A DNA stretch of 64,000 nucleotides from an uncultured Thiobacillus sp. (lineage in GTDB: Bacteria > Pseudomonadota > Gammaproteobacteria > Burkholderiales > Thiobacillaceae): NCBI GenBank assembly GCA_964404175.1, contig CAYOJA010000001.1, forward strand, positions 29,506 to 93,505, in the 5' to 3' direction. A program made the position numbers and the translations under genes. The notes beneath the pieces are model-generated. The model worked only from the letters and a program-made list of their open reading frames with translations, was not told the DNA's origin and made no database searches. Below, piece after piece: positions 58,146-64,000 of this stretch. How positions within the stretch are numbered: position 1 is the first letter of the stretch; each line of letters starts with the position of its first letter.

Positions 58146-60217
58146 TGTCCGGTGATTGGCTGCTCATTGCCGCTGGAGCCTTGGGAGTAGGCGGCGTATG
58201 GGTCGTTTGGCGTATTGCCCGCCACACCGACCACGCGGCGTCCGACCATTCAACTCCATCCGGTAGCGATTCAAGGGCAGCCAACCATATTAAGGTTCTC
58301 CCTGGCAAAGCCGTCCTGGATCAACTCAACCTTCAAGCCCTGGTCGACGGATGTCGTGACCGCATGGGCTTCGACTACACCCTGTTCCACCAAGACTGCA
58401 TGCCCGTCATCGAGCGGGCTGCGGAATGGACTCAACTGCTACCAGCCTCGGAATCGCATCATCACGCGCAGCCCGGTGGCCTCATGACCCATATGATGGA
58501 GTCGGCAGCACACGCGCTACGCTTCCGGCAGGGCTATCTGCTTCCGGTCGGAGCAGCCCCCGAGGAAATCCCGGCTCGCAAGCACCGCTGGACTTACGCG
58601 GTGTTCCTTGCCGCGCTACTGCATGACATTGGAAGGCCTATGGCCGATATCAACGTCCAAGTTCTCCGATCGAGAAAACCCTGTGGCAAGTGGCAGCCTC
58701 TTGCTGGCTCGATGCTGGATCAGGGGTTGACGCATTACACGTTGAATTTCGAGATTACGCGGGATTACGATCTGCACAAGAAACTGCCCATCGTGCTGTT
58801 CCAGCGGCTCGTTCCTTCCCATGTTCTCGCTTGGCTTGCCGATGACGTACAGCTCATGGGTGATTTGACGAGCTACCTTTCGGGGGACGATCAAGACAAG
58901 GGTGTGTTGCGAGAGATCGTCGCACGCGCCGACTCCGAGTCGGTCAAGAACAACCTGATGCAGGGACCGCGCACTCGCTTTGCCTCCGCCCGGTCGGTGC
59001 CATTGATCGAACGCCTGATGCAAGCCTTGCGCCTGATGCTGGAAGAAGGGCGACTGAGCTTGAATAGGGCGGGGTCCCATGGTTGGGTTTACGACGGAAA
59101 AATCTGGTTCGTGTCCAAGCGGCTGGCCGACGAGGTACGCCAGTTCCTGACCGATCGCGAAAGCGGGGAGGGCATACCTGGCAAGGATAAGAACGATCGC
59201 CTTTTCGATACCTGGCAAGAGTACGGTGCCTTGATCCCAACCAGTGAGAACCGTGCTGTGTGGCAGGTCATGGTCAGTCTCGATGAAGGGTGGGAACAAA
59301 AGCTGACCGTGCTGTGCTTCTCGCTCGACAAACTGTTCCAGTCCCCGGTTCTTTACCCGGAAATCATGAGAGGCAAGATCATTGCCGGAAAACAGGATGC
59401 CTCATACATCCAACCGCTCGATTCGGAATCCGACCTAACTATTGGTTCCATGAGTGATTCTGGCGTTGAGCCAGCCACCAACCCATTAGAGGATCCGGCC
59501 AACCAGCTGTCACTCGTCATACCGCAGCCAGATCCTACCCCCTCGCCGAACCCCGAAGAACAGCCGAAGCGAGCCAGCACGGCTCTCCCTCCCATTCGCC
59601 CGCTGGCACAGCCCAGAGCGGCCGCTCTATCTGAACCTGGGGGCGCGGCTGAGGACGCAGGCTTTCTCGATGAAGATGACGCCGCGATCAAACATTCACC
59701 AAAACCCAAGCCCCCTACTGCAGCAGCATTGAAGCCGGTTGCACCTGCAGGGCAGACAGCGGCCAGGCCCAAGTCTGGCTCGAAAAAGAAGGAACCCTCT
59801 GGTGCAGCCATGCGGTTCATGCGCTGGGTTCAGGAAGGCCTCTCGGAAGGCAGCATGCCGTACAACCGCGCGGACGCCATGATTCACTTCGTTGACGAAG
59901 GAATGATGCTGGTTTCCCCAGTGATCTTTCGCAAGTTCGCCGAACTGTTCGGAGAGGAGGGCGATGGCACACCATCGGATCGAGCGGGGAGCAAGCTGGG
60001 GACCGGCATCCAGCGCCAGGTTACCAATGCTGGCTGGAATCTGGTTACCGGAGAGAAGAAGAGCAACATCCAGCGTTACATGGTGATCGGCGCCGATGGC
60101 GAGGGCAAGAAACTGATCTCTGGCGTGGTCATACTGGATCCTGTTCGATTCGTGAATCCACTTCCGCCGAATAATCCCTGCATTGTCAGGTTCGACAAAC
60201 CCATCGAACACGTCTGA
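58145..60217 (+). CDS. traI: MOBH HD-domain relaxase TraI
   Basis: PASESHHHAQPGGL..H, LLHDIG, N-terminal hydrophobic helix, Pro-rich linker, C-terminal HFVDEG..LVSP.IF. Confidence 0.92.
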   Translation: MSGDWLLIAAGALGVGGVWVVWRIARHTDHAASDHSTPSGSDSRAANHIKVLPGKAVLDQLNLQALVDGCRDRMGFDYTLFHQDCMPVIERAAEWTQLLPASESHHHAQPGGLMTHMMESAAHALRFRQGYLLPVGAAPEEIPARKHRWTYAVFLAALLHDIGRPMADINVQVLRSRKPCGKWQPLAGSMLDQGLTHYTLNFEITRDYDLHKKLPIVLFQRLVPSHVLAWLADDVQLMGDLTSYLSGDDQDKGVLREIVARADSESVKNNLMQGPRTRFASARSVPLIERLMQALRLMLEEGRLSLNRAGSHGWVYDGKIWFVSKRLADEVRQFLTDRESGEGIPGKDKNDRLFDTWQEYGALIPTSENRAVWQVMVSLDEGWEQKLTVLCFSLDKLFQSPVLYPEIMRGKIIAGKQDASYIQPLDSESDLTIGSMSDSGVEPATNPLEDPANQLSLVIPQPDPTPSPNPEEQPKRASTALPPIRPLAQPRAAALSEPGGAAEDAGFLDEDDAAIKHSPKPKPPTAAALKPVAPAGQTAARPKSGSKKKEPSGAAMRFMRWVQEGLSEGSMPYNRADAMIHFVDEGMMLVSPVIFRKFAELFGEEGDGTPSDRAGSKLGTGIQRQVTNAGWNLVTGEKKSNIQRYMVIGADGEGKKLISGVVILDPVRFVNPLPPNNPCIVRFDKPIEHV

Positions 60218-60218
60218 C

Positions 60219-62279
60219 ATGAGCTATCCCATCGAAAATCTATTCAGGCCCGCGGTCGAATACGTGCCGGCCTTTGCCTCGTTGTCCGGTGCCATTCTCC
60301 TGATGAGCGCTCACGAGTGGTTTTTCCTGCCAAAGGAACTGATCGTGACAGCCGCTGCCGGCATGGTCCTGCATGCCGGCGTGCGACTGAGACAGGGTAT
60401 TCGGGTATCCCGATTTCAGCGCAACCTTACTAGGCTGCCTAAGTACGTCATTCCTACCAGCGAAATTCCCGTATCGAAAAGCCGCCTTTTCCTCGGTCTT
60501 GGGTTCAAGTGGGATCAGCGCCATACCCAGCGCCTGGCGCTGGCGCGCGATCCCAAGAATCGTCGCTACATCACCCAAACCGGCCTGTATACCTGGGCGC
60601 GTCGTTTCGAGTTCCGTCACGAAGGACGCGGCGGCGCCTCGGGCTGGATGGCGCGACAGACCAGGAAGGAAACCTGGTGGAATCCGGTTACGCCATTGCC
60701 GCCTGTCGGCGGCGATCCGATCATTCACGGTTTGGAGCCGGACGAAACTGAAATCAGCATGGATCTGGTCGAGCGGCCCGGTCACATGGTTGTTCTTGGC
60801 ACCACACGGGTCGGCAAATCACGCCTCGCCGAGGTGCTCATCACACAGGACATTCGGCGCGGCGACGTGGTGATCGTATTCGACCCCAAGGGCGATGCCG
60901 GTCTGATGACCCGCTGCTACATCGAGGCGGCTATGGCCGGGCGCGAGTTCTTCATGTTTCACTTGGGCTACCCCGACCAGTCTGCACGATATAACCCGAT
61001 TGGAAATTTTGCCCGAACCACCGAGGTCAGCACCCGTATCGCTGGGCAGCTCCCGGGCGAAGGACAGTCTGCCGCGTTCAAGGAATTTGTCTGGCGCTTC
61101 GTGAACGTGATCGCGCGCGCGCGCACAACCCTCGGCTACCGTCCGGATTACCGCATGATTTATGAGGATGCGGTCAATATCGATGCCTTGGCGCTGGAAT
61201 ACTTACGCTTCTGGCTTGACCGGGAACAGCCCGGCTGGAATGAGGCGGTTGATGCCATTGAGATGGATAAGACCCAGATTCAGCAGGCAATGAAATCCGG
61301 GCGGACGATGGATGCCATGAAAATCCTGCTGTTCGTCCGCGAGAATAATCTGCATGACCCTATCGCGGACGGCCTGGCATCCATCCTGTCAAATGACCGC
61401 AGCTATTTCGAGAAACTGGTGTCCAGTCTTTATCCCTTGCTGGAAAAACTTACCACCGGCAAAACCGCGCAGATACTGTCTCCTCAGTACGACGACCCGA
61501 CTGATCCAAGGCCGATCTTCGACTGGATGAGCGTCATCGAACGCGGCGCGGTGGTTTACGTCGGGCTCGATTCGCTCTCTGATTACGAAGTGGCTGGCGC
61601 AGTGGGCAACGCCATGTTCGCCGACCTAACCTCGATCGCCGGCCAGACCTACAAGTTCGAGCAAGGCTACGGGCTGTCCACGGCCATCCCCAAGCGCAAA
61701 CTGTCCATCCATGCAGACGAGTTCAACGAGTTGATCGGCGACGAATTCATCCCGCTGCTGAACAAGGCCGGTGGTGCGGGATTCCAAGTTGCGGTCTATA
61801 CCCAGACCTGGGCCGACGTGGAGGCCCGCATTGGCAACAAGGCGAAGGCATCCCAGATTGGCGGCAACCTTAATACCCTGATCATGCTAAGGGTCAAGAA
61901 CAAGGAAACCGCCGAAATTCTCACCGACCAGCTCCCTGATGTGCAACTGGTCACATCGATTCAGGCCAGTGCTGCCACGGACAGTTCAGATGATCGTGAG
62001 GTGTTGTCTTTCACCACACGGAACGAAGATCGGATCAGCACCCAGGAAGCCCCCATGTTGTCGCCTGCTGATCTGGTGCAGTTGCCCAAGGGGCAGGCTT
62101 TTGCGCTTATCGAAGGCGGCCAACTCTACAAAATCAGACTCCCTCTGTTCGACCCCGACGAAGTGCACCCCATTCCTGCATCGTTGGAAGACATTGCCGC
62201 GAGCATGCGTCAGAAATACGACACGCACGGCACCGAGACGGAAAATCTGGTCGTTGAAGGGAAGGGCAGTGGCTTCTAG
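60219..62279 (+). CDS. traD: Type IV coupling protein TraD (PFGI-1/SXT-like class)
   Basis: IENLFRPAVE, LGTTRVGKS, FDPKGD, HADEFNEL, NKAGGAG. Confidence 0.95.
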   Translation: MSYPIENLFRPAVEYVPAFASLSGAILLMSAHEWFFLPKELIVTAAAGMVLHAGVRLRQGIRVSRFQRNLTRLPKYVIPTSEIPVSKSRLFLGLGFKWDQRHTQRLALARDPKNRRYITQTGLYTWARRFEFRHEGRGGASGWMARQTRKETWWNPVTPLPPVGGDPIIHGLEPDETEISMDLVERPGHMVVLGTTRVGKSRLAEVLITQDIRRGDVVIVFDPKGDAGLMTRCYIEAAMAGREFFMFHLGYPDQSARYNPIGNFARTTEVSTRIAGQLPGEGQSAAFKEFVWRFVNVIARARTTLGYRPDYRMIYEDAVNIDALALEYLRFWLDREQPGWNEAVDAIEMDKTQIQQAMKSGRTMDAMKILLFVRENNLHDPIADGLASILSNDRSYFEKLVSSLYPLLEKLTTGKTAQILSPQYDDPTDPRPIFDWMSVIERGAVVYVGLDSLSDYEVAGAVGNAMFADLTSIAGQTYKFEQGYGLSTAIPKRKLSIHADEFNELIGDEFIPLLNKAGGAGFQVAVYTQTWADVEARIGNKAKASQIGGNLNTLIMLRVKNKETAEILTDQLPDVQLVTSIQASAATDSSDDREVLSFTTRNEDRISTQEAPMLSPADLVQLPKGQAFALIEGGQLYKIRLPLFDPDEVHPIPASLEDIAASMRQKYDTHGTETENLVVEGKGSGF

Positions 62280-62994
62280 GAATCCCGGTCTCTACGACAG
62301 CAATGTGGCAGTCGCCTTTCTGTGGCCATTGAAATGGCTTTTTGGGACGCTCTCGCTATATGTCATGCTTGGCCTGATCGCCCTCACCGCGGCTTTCCTG
62401 TTTGCCAAATATCAATGGCTGGATCCTGTGCAAGCTGCCGACGCTTTGCTCCAGTCGGAAACCGTTCGCGTCAAAGAGCTTGTACGGCCAGGAAGCCACA
62501 CTGCAGGCCTTTCCACGCTTACTGAGAAGACCCAACAGTGGACTTACTGGCTTTTTTTCAAGGCGACATCACTCCATGAAGCCACCTATGCCTATTTCTC
62601 CGCGTATCCGGTCAACGAGGTTGACCGGATGTACCTCAGCCAGTTCGTTGCGCGCAATGCACGGGAAATCTACCTGGCGATGAACGTGATTCAGGTCTAC
62701 GGAATCAGGATTGGCTTCGTACTGGCTGCGAGCCCTTTGTTTTTCCTGTTGTATGTCTTGGCTGGCGTAGACGGTCTGACCGAGCGTTATATCCGCCGCG
62801 CGTGCGCAGGACGCGAATCGGCGGATCTGCACAAAATTGGGCGCCTAGCGAAGCTGATGTTCTTCGCATCCGGGGTCACGTTATATCTCTGCCTGCCGGT
62901 TGCACTGAGCCCGTTTTGGATCATTGCACCCTTAGCGCTTGTTTTTGCGGTGTCCACACGGGTTCAGTGGCAGTTTTACAAAAAATATTTTTAA
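62269..62994 (+). CDS. DUF4400-like conjugation membrane protein
   Basis: DGLTERYIRRACAGRESA; TM helices; follows traD; GTG start. Confidence 0.75.
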   Translation: MASRNPGLYDSNVAVAFLWPLKWLFGTLSLYVMLGLIALTAAFLFAKYQWLDPVQAADALLQSETVRVKELVRPGSHTAGLSTLTEKTQQWTYWLFFKATSLHEATYAYFSAYPVNEVDRMYLSQFVARNAREIYLAMNVIQVYGIRIGFVLAASPLFFLLYVLAGVDGLTERYIRRACAGRESADLHKIGRLAKLMFFASGVTLYLCLPVALSPFWIIAPLALVFAVSTRVQWQFYKKYF

Positions 62995-63128
62995 GAGGAC
63001 CAGGCGTGAATGTTGACAAGTCTAAATAATTTGTGTCTGATGGTGACCTAGTAGGGTCAGGGATGTGGCCAGACGAGTCTACTTGAGCAATGCGAACGCC
63101 CCTTAGGGGCTTTATCAAGACCCGATAA

Positions 63129-63156
63129 TATTCACATAATGTATATTATGTTAAAT
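63129..63156 (+). other. dif: dif-like XerCD recombination site
   Basis: TATTCACATAA-TGTATA-TTATGTTAAAT: canonical XerD arm and 6-bp spacer, variant XerC arm. Confidence 0.92.
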
Positions 63157-63566
63157 AATGATGGTCTACAGGTTTTACTGGTGCGTCTGTTTATTGATAC
63201 AAGCTAACCCCGCTAACTATGCAGGCTAAGGCTGCTAACCAGTACAAGTTAAGGTTGCTAACTCGACATTTCAGCAACTGACCTAAAAATTCTGGTAACT
63301 GTACCCCGAGATTTTGCGCCGTATTCGTATCTCGTCCAGGTTGAATCCCTTCTAAGATTTCAACAGATTGCAGTTTGGTCAATGACACCCGTGTACGTGG
63401 TGTTACAGACATCTCAGGCATTGGGGCAGTTCAGATGCCCCTGGCTAAACATTCCACTCTACATGCCGAGTACTCAATTAATTGCATCTTTCATGGCTCC
63501 GGCCCGTATCTCCGGCTGGGGTGTGTAAAAGAGACTGGAAGGCCCTCTGCAAAAGGAAATCAAGGG

Positions 63567-63932
63567 ATGAAAACTAACGCGCATCATTGGGCGGCAAGCA
63601 CTTTTTTTGCCATCGGGCTGTCACTTGCATTACCCATCACGGCAAGTGAAACAGCATGGTCATGCTGGTACCAGGATACCAATATTCATTGCGTGCCTGC
63701 CTTTACCCCGTCTCCCGAGGAAATCGAGAGCCCCTATCAGCGGGCGTTGAACGATTCCCGCCATGTGGACTTTCAGGACAATGGAAAATGGATCGTCATT
63801 CCCTTGCACACAGAGCCCAGAAACTGGAGCCGTGTGCAGATGCTGGTTGAGTCTGTCATGTGCGACGGCAGGCCGGGTTGCACCATAGAGCTGAATCAAA
63901 CGCCTTTAAAAGCCGCCCGGCTTGATAGATGA
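63567..63932 (+). CDS. Secreted hypothetical protein with four Cys
   Basis: AAGGA/AAGGG RBS, signal peptide, WSCWY..HC and CDGRPGC. Confidence 0.6.
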   Translation: MKTNAHHWAASTFFAIGLSLALPITASETAWSCWYQDTNIHCVPAFTPSPEEIESPYQRALNDSRHVDFQDNGKWIVIPLHTEPRNWSRVQMLVESVMCDGRPGCTIELNQTPLKAARLDR

Positions 63933-64000
63933 CGGCCTGTTGGATGAGTGGGCTGGCTTGAAGAGGCTGCCTTCTATTCTTTTTCCTTCGATTCAATCAC

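Noticed and set aside
61939-62268. N-terminal extension of the DUF4400 ORF
   Set aside because: Overlaps traD in another frame; GTG 62269 is more plausible
63129-63156. Claim that this is the host chromosomal dif
   Set aside because: Cannot be decided from the window; no host terminus genes are visible, so it is reported only as dif-like

Overview
GC-rich, probably betaproteobacterial conjugative element (large plasmid or dif-associated island); no host core genes, rRNA, tRNA or CRISPR array were recognised. Left to right: (1) an HU gene; (2) a ~19 kb heavy-metal region: CzcP-like P1B-4 ATPase, zinc-ribbon and PII-like genes, czcICBA-type RND efflux, an IS5 with 21-bp IRs and CTAA duplication, SHOCT/dihaem cytochrome c/DUF302, a second P1B ATPase under a CadR/PbrR-type regulator, a His-tailed DMT, YnfA and merRTPA; (3) an element-borne xerC and a candidate entry-exclusion gene; (4) an F-type T4SS operon (slt-ompA-traALEKB-dsbC-traVC-trbI-trhF-traWU-trbC-split traN-traFHG) in the gene order of the gonococcal genetic island (GGI); (5) a ~15 kb insert between the two divergent tra promoters, made of a LysR/pirin/DoxX/YcaC/AzoR/TMEM175 cassette and a WYL-regulated, divergent Wadjet/Mks-like SMC-Toprim operon with a fifth zinc-ribbon gene; (6) orf-traI(MOBH)-traD-DUF4400 followed by a 28-bp dif site. 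Highlights: the WYL-SMC defence-like operon (ORF6N-like insert and non-canonical Walker B in the SMC, palindromic operator), an identical 22-bp box plus a shared -10 at identical spacing in both tra promoters, and the GGI-like dif/XerC arrangement. All protein assignments come from motif recognition by eye, not from database searches.
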